Below are positions 39,544 through 49,213 of a stretch of 64,000 nt of DNA, one piece after another (positions within the stretch are counted from its first letter, which is position 1; each line of letters opens with the position of its first letter). The notes below the pieces were generated by a model, which was not told the origin of the DNA, did not search any database, and saw nothing but the letters and a program-made list of their open reading frames with translations. Position numbers and translations under genes: made by a program. The stretch spans positions 1 through 64,000 of the forward strand of contig JACVGT010000025.1 of assembly GCA_018992685.1 (NCBI GenBank). Direction: 5' to 3'. Origin of the DNA: Theionarchaea archaeon. GTDB taxonomy: Archaea > Methanobacteriota_B > Thermococci > Methanofastidiosales > SZ-28-30.

Positions 39544-40309
39544 AGGGTTCTATGACGAGAGGGCCCCCTTTTACGATGGGGAGTATAAGACTCCCTTTTT
39601 TGATCTCTACCGGGCCATCACCTGGGACAATATCAGCAGGTTTCTTCCATCGAAGGGTGTCATACTGGATGCAGGAGGAGGAACGGGTGAATGGGCTCTT
39701 CCCCTGGCTGAGGCAGGATATGACGTTGTCCTGATCGACATTTCACGGGGAATGCTGAGACAGGCCAGGAGAAAGCTGGAAGAAAGGAATATCAAGAATG
39801 TCACTGTGGAAAGGGTGGATATGACTGACATGGGGTGTTTTCAGGATAACACGTTTGACATGGTTCTGGCACAGGGTGATCCCCTTTCCTACTGTGGAAA
39901 TGCGGAACATGCTGCGGCTGAGATTTACAGAGTGTTAAAAGAGGGACGACATTGCGTGGCATCAGTAGACTGTATGTACGGATTTGTTTTGCGATTGATT
40001 ACATTGAAACAGTGGGATATCCTGCAGAGGCTGTTTGAAACAGAACGTGCTGCCTTTCAGACAGGGTTTGAGATTCGCTACTTCACTCCACAATCCCTTA
40101 ACCACCTATTTGAAGGGGCAGGATTTGAGGTGGTGCGCATTCTCGGTAAACCCGTCTTCCTTTCTCTAGTTCCCCGGGAGAGAGCGCATGACCTGCTGCG
40201 AGACAAGAAGGTGTTTGACAGAGTTCTTGAACTGGAACTGCAGTTCTGTGATGATCCAAACCTGGTGGGGTTTGCTGGGCATCTGGAGATTGTCGGAAAA
40301 AAAGTGTGA
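39533..40309 (+). CDS. Class I SAM-dependent methyltransferase
   Basis: ILDAGGGTG, DISRGML and FDMVLA motifs; overlaps the leuD stop. Confidence 0.9.
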   Translation: MDAEGFYDERAPFYDGEYKTPFFDLYRAITWDNISRFLPSKGVILDAGGGTGEWALPLAEAGYDVVLIDISRGMLRQARRKLEERNIKNVTVERVDMTDMGCFQDNTFDMVLAQGDPLSYCGNAEHAAAEIYRVLKEGRHCVASVDCMYGFVLRLITLKQWDILQRLFETERAAFQTGFEIRYFTPQSLNHLFEGAGFEVVRILGKPVFLSLVPRERAHDLLRDKKVFDRVLELELQFCDDPNLVGFAGHLEIVGKKV

Positions 40310-40320
40310 GAAGATGAGAA

Positions 40321-40683
40321 TTACTTCTTGAGTGTGTATCGTTCCTTTTGGTTGAAGAAGGTCATGTCTTTGAATCCTTTCTTGATTCTTGCCCTGTGCA
40401 GAACGCCCTTGGGTATGTAATACGTGTCTCCCCTTGAGAAGATATGGGTTTCACCACCAATGGTAAGTTCTATTTCCCCGTCAAGGATAACACCCCATTG
40501 AGCTTCATGAGAATGTTCGGGAACGGCAACATCCTCGGAAAATTCCATGAAAATGATCTGACTGGCTTCACCCTGGACCAGATATGAATGGAGACCTTCA
40601 ATCGGGATATCTGCTTCTGGCAGTTCTGTAATCATGTCGGGAAAGAAGTCTTCCTTCGTGGTATCGGCAGAGTTATTTTTCAT
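40321..40683 (-). CDS. Cupin-domain protein
   Basis: PEHSHEAQWG and GDTYYIPKGVLH motifs. Confidence 0.9.
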   Translation of the reverse strand: MKNNSADTTKEDFFPDMITELPEADIPIEGLHSYLVQGEASQIIFMEFSEDVAVPEHSHEAQWGVILDGEIELTIGGETHIFSRGDTYYIPKGVLHRARIKKGFKDMTFFNQKERYTLKK

Positions 40684-40907
40684 GGGGGGAAGTTTTTGGT
40701 AGTCTTATTAACGTTTTGGTGAGGTATGGGTAATGAACCAAAAACCATTTAAGTCGTGAGATACAACTAGAATTAACTGGCAGAAAGCAGGTGGAATATG
40801 GCTGAGGCTGAAGAACCTGAGCCTCCTGATACGGCTGCAGGATGGCTGTCTCAGGAGGGATACAGAACTGCATGGCTCAACCTGATGATAGAAGAGTTGA
40901 AGCTAGA

Positions 40908-41450
40908 ATGTTACGAGGGATTGCTGTGAAGGCTGGACAGTGGGAAGTCCTGGGCATTCTGTTCATCATTGTGGTGGGATCATGTCTGCATTTCCTCTTT
41001 GAGCTCTCAGGATCTCTTCCTGTGGTGGGGATGGTTGGGGCTGTGAACGAGAGCGTGTGGGAGCACCTGAAGATTGGATTCTGGCCTGCAGTGTTTTTTG
41101 CGTTGATTGAATATTCCTTCCTGAAGTCAAAGGCGAATTTCTGGATGGCAAAAGCCACATCCGCATATGTCATACCTGTCACCATAATCGTCCTGTTCTA
41201 CGTGTATACGACCATACTGGGGTACAATACGCTGGCTCTTGATATCACGGTGTTTATTGTAGCTGTCATAGTGGGCCAGGCTGCCAGCTACCGAGTGTTG
41301 ACGTACAGAGACCTCTCTGCACAGTTGAAATGGGCTGGCATCGCTGCACTGCTGGTCCTGGCTGCGCTGTTCATGGTTTTCACATTTTATCCGCCGCATG
41401 TTGGACTGTTCCAAGATCCAGTGACAGGCGGGTACGGCATCGTATCATAA
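40908..41450 (+). CDS. DUF6512-like membrane protein
   Basis: LHFLFELSG, VNESVWEHLK and FTFYPP..LFQDP motifs; five TM segments. Confidence 0.8.
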   Translation: MLRGIAVKAGQWEVLGILFIIVVGSCLHFLFELSGSLPVVGMVGAVNESVWEHLKIGFWPAVFFALIEYSFLKSKANFWMAKATSAYVIPVTIIVLFYVYTTILGYNTLALDITVFIVAVIVGQAASYRVLTYRDLSAQLKWAGIAALLVLAALFMVFTFYPPHVGLFQDPVTGGYGIVS

Positions 41451-41471
41451 GTGAGGTAGGCATCCAGCAGA

Positions 41472-43301
41472 TCATGACAAAGAGAGAAGGTATAAGACTC
41501 CACTGGGAGTTACCACCAAAAGATACCCTTCTGAACTGGTCACTGAAAGGGAGATCTTGTCAGGAAAAATCTCTAGCTCATTCTGCGCCATGAAATACCA
41601 CGTGATAAAGCCAGTTTCTGCACTTAAACAGTATATGTATCCATCGTCTGCCGATACACAGATGTTCTCTTTATATTCATGAAAAGACGTCACCGTGGTC
41701 CCTCTCACCTCACGAATCCACAGCTCTTCGCCTGTCTCTACATCGAGGGCCTGGATTATGCCTGCTTCTCTGATGAGGAACACTCTCTGTTCACTCAGGA
41801 TCATCCTGGAGATGGGATAGTCATTTCTCTCTAGAGTATGTTCCCACGTTCTCACACCATCTGTATGCACCATGAGGACTGATTGGATTCCGGATTCGTC
41901 CTTGAGTACCAGGACGATCCTGTCCCCAAGAATGCTCATGGACTCGACAGGTTGTGAGGGCTGGAAAAGATCGGTTTCTGCCATCTGTTCCAGCGCTACT
42001 TTGGTGAGTGTCCCTTCCTCATTGAAGAAGTACAGGGTACCCTGGGAGTAAAAGGGATGCTGGACTGTGTGCAGAGGTCTCCCCCAGAGTGGTTCCACTG
42101 TGGCAATATCCAGGACGATGTAGTGGGGTTGAGATAGGTCCTGCAGGTAGGCAAAGAGTATCGTGTCATTGTACACTGTTTCATTCCAGGTATCAGATGC
42201 TATCTCCCAGAGAACATCACCATGTTCCTTTTCCAGGCAGACAATGCCCCCCGTGAGGGCAATCACCTTGTCGTCCACGAGCGTTACCGGAATATAGTCA
42301 GTAACAGGTGGTATCTTGTACGCCCACCGTATGTCCCCGGTATCTGTGTCAATACTGTAGATATGAGAATCAGGAGCGCCAACGTACAGGGTGTTATCGG
42401 AGACAGCAATCTTCTGGTCTTGAACAGGCAGATATGGCTGCTGTACAACCTCAAAGGGGATGGTATACAATTGAGCTCTTGATTGGGCGTCAATACATTC
42501 GATTCTGTCAGCAAAGGGAAGGAATACTTTCTGATTATAGTAGACAGGCGTGCATACGGGAATTTCTGGAAGGGTCAGCAACCACTGGAGATGGGTCTTT
42601 CCGAGGAGTTCTTCTGCGGGAGGGGGGGTATTGGCCGAAGGAAAGTCAAGGCTGATTCCTTTTTCTTGGGTGGAGACAGGAACTCGAGCAGGATAACATC
42701 CCCAGGTCGCTACTTTCTGGTATGGCGCCCACTGGTCCCTGTCCAGCGTAGTGAGGATTTTGAACAGGGTACTGGGGATCATTCCATTGTACTGGACGTA
42801 GTTGGAGCCTTCATAGCTGACATTCCACGGAATGAAGCAGTAGTAGCTTGATTCGGATTCTGCTCGTACAGTCCTCCCATTGAGAAGCGTTATTTCAAGT
42901 GTAAAGTGGAGGCCGGAGTCACGGCGCGAATAGGCGTTGTATGATTTCTGATAACCAACTTTGTAGAGGTCTGCAAAGCTTTCTGATACTTCTCTGATTA
43001 ATTCCGGATCTACATGGTCTCCAGTACTGGCAAAGTAATCATCGCCAATTTTCTGTATTCTGTAGAAGTTGTAGGCAAGGACAGAACTTGTCGTGTTGTC
43101 AGGATTTCCCGTGTTGTTCGAAATGATATCGGAAGTCGCTACAGCAGTATAGGTGATGTCAATGGCTGCTATGGACTGAACAGGAGAGGATACTGTGAAA
43201 GAGTCAGATTCATGAGGAAGGTACCACTGGACAGCCATGATGCCTCCTATCACGATTATTATCAGTAACAGGGAACCACTCTTTCTGAGGGTAGACGTCA
43301 C
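41472..43301 (-). CDS. Membrane-anchored PQQ-like beta-propeller repeat protein
   Basis: N-terminal TM; repeats of the type IYSIDTDTGDIRW, ALDVETGEELW and CLSAETGFITW. Confidence 0.85.
   Translation of the reverse strand: MTSTLRKSGSLLLIIIVIGGIMAVQWYLPHESDSFTVSSPVQSIAAIDITYTAVATSDIISNNTGNPDNTTSSVLAYNFYRIQKIGDDYFASTGDHVDPELIREVSESFADLYKVGYQKSYNAYSRRDSGLHFTLEITLLNGRTVRAESESSYYCFIPWNVSYEGSNYVQYNGMIPSTLFKILTTLDRDQWAPYQKVATWGCYPARVPVSTQEKGISLDFPSANTPPPAEELLGKTHLQWLLTLPEIPVCTPVYYNQKVFLPFADRIECIDAQSRAQLYTIPFEVVQQPYLPVQDQKIAVSDNTLYVGAPDSHIYSIDTDTGDIRWAYKIPPVTDYIPVTLVDDKVIALTGGIVCLEKEHGDVLWEIASDTWNETVYNDTILFAYLQDLSQPHYIVLDIATVEPLWGRPLHTVQHPFYSQGTLYFFNEEGTLTKVALEQMAETDLFQPSQPVESMSILGDRIVLVLKDESGIQSVLMVHTDGVRTWEHTLERNDYPISRMILSEQRVFLIREAGIIQALDVETGEELWIREVRGTTVTSFHEYKENICVSADDGYIYCLSAETGFITWYFMAQNELEIFPDKISLSVTSSEGYLLVVTPSGVLYLLSLS
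42850..43007 (+). repeat. 158-bp direct repeat, copy 1 (inside the PQQ-repeat gene)
   Basis: Matches 46271-46428 with 3 mismatches by eye. Confidence 0.92.
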
Positions 43302-43739
43302 ATGTGATTCTTGGAATACCCCTTTTTAAGAATTCCTGCAAAAGGCGTTGCCGTGGAGAGATCTCGTAAGAATCGTGCAGAGCCCTATGGTTTTTTCAGG
43401 AGACGAGAGATGTGATGGAATCCCATTCTCACTCTTCATTTGTTGGGTATCGGACGGGGGATTTCTCACTAGGCCGGAGGCATTCTTGCTGGACCGGATC
43501 CCTCTTGTGCCAGTTCCGAAAGATCTACAGTTTTTTGCCAATGTGATTGCCTGGATAGATGATTAAGGTGTAAAGAAATCCCAGTCACCATCCACTTCTC
43601 AGCCAAATCCTTATAACCTTTGTGATGTGATCCAGACATGAGGAAGATGACTAAACCAACAGGCGATTCACTAAAGAATAAAGATAATTCCAGAAAACTC
43701 AACATTCGAAAGGAAAAATCCCACAAGGACCCACATTCA

Positions 43740-44816
43740 ATGAGAAATCCTCTGAATCCTTTCTGGGTACTTGTTCTTGCTGCAACCTGTGCTCTTGCAG
43801 GCTGTATGTCACAGGATGTGGGAATAGAAGAGAATACCGCCATGGTAGACTACGTTGTTGATGAGGACTGGAGAGTCGCATCACCTGAAGCTCTGGGGCT
43901 GGACGGAACTCAGCTGGCACTACTCATTGACTCTCTGGAAGGGCTCCCCATATCAAGCATCCTCATTGTGAAGGATGGGTATCTTATTGTGGAGGAATAT
44001 TCCAATGGGTATGATAGATCCTGCCAGCATTTTATTGAATCGTGCACCCAGGGTATCATGTCGGCTCTCATAGGAATTGCTCGTGATAAGGGGTACATTG
44101 ATAGCGTTGACCAGAAGATAGTGGATTTCTTCCCTGAACTTGAAAGTGACAGTGAGTGGAAAAAGGACATTACCGTTGAACACCTTTTAACCATGAGTTC
44201 GGGATTGGATCAGGGAGCTTGGCATCCTGGGCGCCCAATATTTGCACTGGCTCCTGACTGGATAGCCCATATTCTCTCCGGGGGGGCTGTGACAAAACCC
44301 GGAACTTCCTTTGATTATTATCCAGGCAATGCCCATATTCTGTCTGCTCTCCTGCAGAGAGCAACTAAGGAAGATACACGCTCTTTTGCTCTAAGATACT
44401 TATTCGAGCCTTTGGGCATCTCAGAAAAGGATATCGAATGGGAAAAAGATCCTCAAGGTGTCTTCTCAGGCAGTTGGGGGCTGTACATGAGACCGAGGGA
44501 CATGGCAAAGGTTGGTTTTCTATATCTTGAAAAAGGAGCATGGAACGGAGCCCAGATAATCCCAGAAGCGTGGATAGAGAAATCAGTAACTCCCTCCTTC
44601 AAGGGAATATCTATTGGAGGCCTTGCTGCAGACTATGGCTATCTCTGGTGGATAGAGGAAAAGGACTCCGCACCAGGATACTTTGCACTGGGAACCAAAG
44701 GACAGTGCATCTATGTCAATTCAGAATTGAACCTCGTCATTGTGATTACCGGGAGTTTTCTGGACACCACTGCACCTTTAAAGATGATAAATGACGTGGT
44801 CTTGATATTGAAGTGA
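43740..44816 (+). CDS. Serine hydrolase (class C beta-lactamase-like) lipoprotein with an SxxQ active-site variant
   Basis: ALAGC lipobox; ESCTQG in place of SxxK; HLLTMSSG; LFEPLG; RDMAKVG; YGYLWW. Confidence 0.88.
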   Translation: MRNPLNPFWVLVLAATCALAGCMSQDVGIEENTAMVDYVVDEDWRVASPEALGLDGTQLALLIDSLEGLPISSILIVKDGYLIVEEYSNGYDRSCQHFIESCTQGIMSALIGIARDKGYIDSVDQKIVDFFPELESDSEWKKDITVEHLLTMSSGLDQGAWHPGRPIFALAPDWIAHILSGGAVTKPGTSFDYYPGNAHILSALLQRATKEDTRSFALRYLFEPLGISEKDIEWEKDPQGVFSGSWGLYMRPRDMAKVGFLYLEKGAWNGAQIIPEAWIEKSVTPSFKGISIGGLAADYGYLWWIEEKDSAPGYFALGTKGQCIYVNSELNLVIVITGSFLDTTAPLKMINDVVLILK

Positions 44817-44949
44817 TAATGAATGATCAGTTCGGAGACAATCGAATTCAGTTTTTTGGTTCAACATCAAGTGGGGGTTTTGAATGAACTGTGTTAATTC
44901 CTAAATGCATCAGATCTCTTCAGGAATAGAGAGAGGGCCGCAAGGGTAC

Positions 44950-44996
44950 GGCCACCCGGGAGGAATGGGTGGCCACCCGGGAGGAATGGGTGACCC
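44950..44996. repeat. 21-bp tandem repeat (GGCCACCCGGGAGGAATGGGT x2), reading PIPPGWP on the minus strand
   Basis: Read directly from the sequence. Confidence 0.85.
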
Positions 44997-45082
44997 ATTC
45001 AGAAGTCCCAATCCATCAAGGTTGCCTGCACCAATAGTATATCTAGAAATAAGATAAATTATTGACAGTTCAAAAGACGAAT

Positions 45083-45565
45083 TTACTTCCAATTTGCAGA
45101 TGCTTCTACGATGTGTTCAGCAATCTTTTCAATAGATGAAAATAGCATCTGATCAGGAAGTTTGCTATCCCCTAGGTATATATGGTTTCCCCTTATTTCT
45201 ATGTGGGGTGCCTTTGCTCTTCTCAGCATATCAGCTAATTCACTATCTTGATTTAGTCTCTCAGCAAACTCTCCTCCTTGCCATTCATAGTCTATAATCT
45301 TTTCGGAAAATAGACCAATTAAGAAAATAATGCCTCCTAAAAACCCAGATATAAAAGAAGATTCAAATAAGAAAAATAAAAATAAGGCTATTCCTAAGCC
45401 AAATATAACTATTTCTGTTCTTTTAACTTTAACTGGTGCACCATAAGATTCAATTTGAGAAACTAGTAGAATATTTACTATGAAGTCAAAATGATATTTT
45501 GAATAAAATCTTAGTTCATCCCTACGAATATTGGATGATCCATATGAAGATTCAAAGGGACTCAT
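45083..45565 (-). CDS. AT-rich hypothetical membrane protein
   Basis: GGAG SD; two TM helices; YEWQGGEFAERLNQD segment. Confidence 0.65.
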   Translation of the reverse strand: MSPFESSYGSSNIRRDELRFYSKYHFDFIVNILLVSQIESYGAPVKVKRTEIVIFGLGIALFLFFLFESSFISGFLGGIIFLIGLFSEKIIDYEWQGGEFAERLNQDSELADMLRRAKAPHIEIRGNHIYLGDSKLPDQMLFSSIEKIAEHIVEASANWK

Positions 45566-45668
45566 GGTATCGCTCCTAGTTTTTTATCATCTTGCTCGCG
45601 GTGTTATTCATCAATGCAACGAAAGGTTTCTATTACTCTAAGGCCTTCTTGTTTTAGTAAGTGGATTA

Positions 45669-46241
45669 TTATACGCATTCAATCGTGGCGTATCCACTTT
45701 CGGTTACCTTGATTGAGTGGATGTAACTGTTTTTTAGCTTGAGGATTCCCAGCTCTCTTCTCCAATATGCGATCCTCCTAGGACCAGGTAAAGATATCTC
45801 TAAATCAACCTGGGTAGGCTTAGTGAACCCAACGTATAACCCCAAATTTCTTAATAATTCGACAAATTTCGTAAGGCTTTTATCTAATTGTTGTTCTATT
45901 ATGTGCCCTTGGTGTTGTGAAATAATAAGAATACTATAGTACAATTTCAATGCACCGAGAACATCATCAAAACATGAATGAAGCTTTAATGTATTATGGT
46001 TCTCCTTTTCATCTGAATACTCTATAATACAGGTATCTCTCTTACCAACTCGAGAATCCTCAGGATTCCGGAAATAGTTACACTTACAGATTGCAGCATA
46101 TGGTATAAATATATCACTCAAGAGCCATCGAGGAATATATACGCCTTCATGTGTAAGATAGACTTTTCTATTTAGAAGCCATGTACGAACCTTATACCAT
46201 TCGATAGTTTCTTCTTTCAAATCCCAACTCATAATAATCAT
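45669..46241 (-). CDS. AT-rich hypothetical protein, possible N-terminal PH-like domain
   Basis: 190-aa ORF; the VYLTHEGVYI...IFIPYAAI pattern resembles bacterial PH domains (tentative). Confidence 0.6.
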   Translation of the reverse strand: MIIMSWDLKEETIEWYKVRTWLLNRKVYLTHEGVYIPRWLLSDIFIPYAAICKCNYFRNPEDSRVGKRDTCIIEYSDEKENHNTLKLHSCFDDVLGALKLYYSILIISQHQGHIIEQQLDKSLTKFVELLRNLGLYVGFTKPTQVDLEISLPGPRRIAYWRRELGILKLKNSYIHSIKVTESGYATIECV

Positions 46242-46270
46242 ATACCCCTACATTACTTATATCTTTTTCC

Positions 46271-46428
46271 GATTCGGATTCTGCTCGTACAGTCCCCCCA
46301 TTGAGAAGCGTTATTTCAAGTGTAAAGTGGAGGCCGGAGTCACGGCGCGAATAGGCGTTGTATGATTTCTGATAACCAACTTTATAGAGGTCTGCAAAGC
46401 TTTCTGATACTTCTCTGATTAATTCTGG
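46271..46428 (+). repeat. 158-bp direct repeat, copy 2 (intergenic orphan fragment of the PQQ-repeat gene)
   Basis: Offset 3421 bp from copy 1. Confidence 0.92.
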
Positions 46429-46511
46429 TATTCTTGATCGTGAAGTTTCCTGTCAATTGCTTTTCTAGTTTTTCTTTAAATGTCTTGACAAAATCGCAAA
46501 ATCGAAGTGAA

Positions 46512-47555
46512 TTACAATTGAAAACCTAGGATATTAGTTGGGAAAAGGAAGTTTGCTACATAAACATTTAGAGCATAACCACATGTACATCCGGGGCATT
46601 TTTTCACGAACATCTGCTGAGCCCTTCTCTTGTATTCATCGGACCGAAGGATATTTCTCAATTTGGTTTTTCTGAGATTACCTATCGGATTCAAAACCCA
46701 ACATCCCGAATAAACTTCTCCTCTTGAGCTGAGATATACTGATAGGTAACCATGGGCGCACAGAAATTCTTTAGGAGTACCTTTACAATATGCTCTGACA
46801 TATTCCAGGGCATTGCTGTCTTCGCTGATGATCCAAGGAGTTTCTTTTTTCATCGTTTCAATATGGTCTAATGTCTTATCAACAACTTGTTTATTATCGA
46901 TTGACAATGCTGACATCTCAACTCCCCGAAATTCATATGGATTCTTATCGAGTAAATTTATTCTAAATGATATACCCAGATCCCTGCACACCTCTAGGAG
47001 CATAGGAACCTCTTCAATACTGTACTTGGTTAATGTTGTTGAAATCCTTACATTTATTTTCTTTTTAAGAGTTTTCGCTAACAGGGTTATGGCTTTAATG
47101 CCCAACAGTGAAGCATCATAGGCATACGGAATTCCTCTAATGATGTTGTTTGTTTTTCCTATACCATCAACTGAAATTGATATGTCTGTAATGCCGCTTT
47201 TAACAAGTTCTTCAGCTCTATTACATAGCAAGAGACCATTAGTTTGGATTGCTACCTCTTTGAATCCAAGATTCCGTGCTTCCTTTATCAAAAGGGTGGC
47301 GTCTTCCCTCAAAAGAGGTTCACCACCAGTAAATTTAATAACTCGTATCCCCACATCTCTCATTTGATTCATGATATTCTGAAGTTCCTCAGTACTCAAT
47401 TCATTTGTGTGTTTTGTTTTCCATGTATTGCATGTGATGCAATGACCATTACAATTTTCAGTGATTTTTATTTTTGCAGCATACGGGTGAATGGGAATTA
47501 CTCCTAGCAGTTTATTGAAGTATTGGCTAAAGTAGAGCAATGACCTAACAACCAT
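46512..47555 (-). CDS. Radical SAM protein with SPASM/twitch domain
   Basis: CNGHCITC motif, FTGGEPLL, QTNG, SVDG; C-terminal CAHG...SGC...IGNL...CPGC. Confidence 0.92.
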   Translation of the reverse strand: MVVRSLLYFSQYFNKLLGVIPIHPYAAKIKITENCNGHCITCNTWKTKHTNELSTEELQNIMNQMRDVGIRVIKFTGGEPLLREDATLLIKEARNLGFKEVAIQTNGLLLCNRAEELVKSGITDISISVDGIGKTNNIIRGIPYAYDASLLGIKAITLLAKTLKKKINVRISTTLTKYSIEEVPMLLEVCRDLGISFRINLLDKNPYEFRGVEMSALSIDNKQVVDKTLDHIETMKKETPWIISEDSNALEYVRAYCKGTPKEFLCAHGYLSVYLSSRGEVYSGCWVLNPIGNLRKTKLRNILRSDEYKRRAQQMFVKKCPGCTCGYALNVYVANFLFPTNILGFQL

Positions 47556-48036
47556 CGTTGTATAATGAATTCTATACCTATATACTTTTCCATGTTCGCA
47601 AATATTAGCAAGGATTACAGAATCGTAAGACTCTAGGAAATTCTAGTAAAACAATTCATTTTCATGATTTCCTGCCAAAATCTTTCGAAAATGTCACTAT
47701 TTTCAAAAAAGGTAAAAGGAAATATCTCTGGCAATTTATGTACACAGGATAACGAGTGAAATAAGTAGGATTACATCTCCGGAGACTATCAATAGTCTCG
47801 TGAGCCTTTGCTTCTATAGGTAGAGCATTGAACCTAGTCGGAAATAGTGCTGACCATTCACCTTGGCAAAATAGCTGAGGAGTACTAAAATATCAATATT
47901 GTTTTCTTCTTGATTATCAATATTGCCAATCCAGCGAAGAATATTTAAAACTAGAAGATCAGTTTCCTTTTAAGTAAAGAGTGCTTAGATAGAAGTACAA
48001 GTTGCCGCAGGAGATGATAGACTGCAGAAAAAAGCT

Positions 48037-48348
48037 TTGTATAAAACAGGGTCTATTCTCATAGGGATAATACTGGTGGTGGGAATGATTCTGGATACGT
48101 ACGTAGAAAGAAGCATTTCTAGCCTAGATCTAGATTCATTGCATGACTTAGAAACTTGGTCTAAATTTTTTATCCAGAAAGGGGAAGGTCCATCGGATCA
48201 ATATGAGTTAATTGCAGAAACTTACGCTGATATCATCAGAGATGGGATTCAATTCCTTACTCCTTCCTGGATCACAACATTCCTGACCATTACAGGCGTC
48301 TTCCTTCTAGCGTGGTTCAGTTATAAGGTTGGTGTTTTGAGTAAATGA
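48037..48348 (+). CDS. Small hypothetical two-TM protein
   Basis: Hydrophobic N- and C-terminal helices; start uncertain (TTG). Confidence 0.5.
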   Translation: MYKTGSILIGIILVVGMILDTYVERSISSLDLDSLHDLETWSKFFIQKGEGPSDQYELIAETYADIIRDGIQFLTPSWITTFLTITGVFLLAWFSYKVGVLSK

Positions 48349-48885
48349 GAGAAGATCTTTTCTTTCATGCAGAAGAAGAAGGTGGAGTTTTTTCTGCTGA
48401 GAATGGTGGCGAGTTTCAGATCGTTTAGGACGATAATGGAAATGGCAAAAATCGCCTTACAGCCAAAACTGGCAAATAGATATATCGACGATGTTATCAC
48501 GGCATTAGATGCTTCCATCTGAAGTAGTAGGGAATTCTATGCATCTTCAAGCCTATGCTGTCAACCCAGAACAATCTCTCGCTTAAGATACAGCGCAACC
48601 TTCTAATTCAGTGAGGTCACAGTCAAAGATGATGCTATGACCCAGAGAATTGTCGTAGGGACCGGAGAATCCTTGGACATCATGGATCATCATGATTTAT
48701 GGCGATTGCTCAAGGAAGCTTTCAGGACACCTGTTGTCTGCAGTGAATGTTAGATCGTGGTACAGGTGTGTAACATTACCTCCTTGGAGACTCCCCAGGA
48801 TCTGGTGAATCTCCTATCTTCTCTGGATAAGACATGGAACCTGATTAGACATCACATCGGTCAGTAGATGGCTCAAAAATTGTAA

Positions 48886-49002
48886 TGGCACGGTGCCACA
48901 AATTGGCCTTTTGAGATGGCACCGTGCTGCTCATTGAGTGATTTTACATCAAAATGAGCCCAGATTCAAGGAAAATGTAGTGAAGAAGATGGCACTGTGC
49001 CA
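48886..49002. promoter_or_regulatory. Three copies of the palindrome TGGCACnGTGCCA upstream of the integrase
   Basis: 48886-48898 TGGCACGGTGCCA, 48917-48929 TGGCACCGTGCTG, 48990-49002 TGGCACTGTGCCA. Confidence 0.65.
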
Positions 49003-49213
49003 ATCAAACCTCCTTGGATAACTGAATTCAAAAGTTTTAACAATTCCAAGTATCGTGTAAGCCTTGGCAGCAATCAAATTACTGAAAGTGAGAATGAAAA
49101 AAGGAAAAGTTGTTAGGGATCAAAACAAGTTAACTCAAGCCGAGGGAGCGCTTCTGAAGTTGGTGTTAAGAGCCCACCAAAACATTTATAAAGGGCAGGT
49201 GGTTCCAGGGTGT

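Noticed and set aside
615-44800. Numerous 60-270 aa ORFs antisense to or nested in the called genes
   Set aside because: They are shadow frames of well-supported CDSs, with no motifs of their own.
48368-48867. Degenerate reading frame (MQKKKVEFFLL...DKTWNLIRHHIGQ) with several stops
   Set aside because: Possibly a decayed gene, but no family is recognisable, so I did not call it.
49064-49213. 50-aa N-terminal extension of the integrase, or a tRNA fragment/att site at about 49135-49155
   Set aside because: A TATA box at 49185 favours the ATG at 49214, and the GC-rich stretch does not form a cloverleaf or contain a T-loop consensus.
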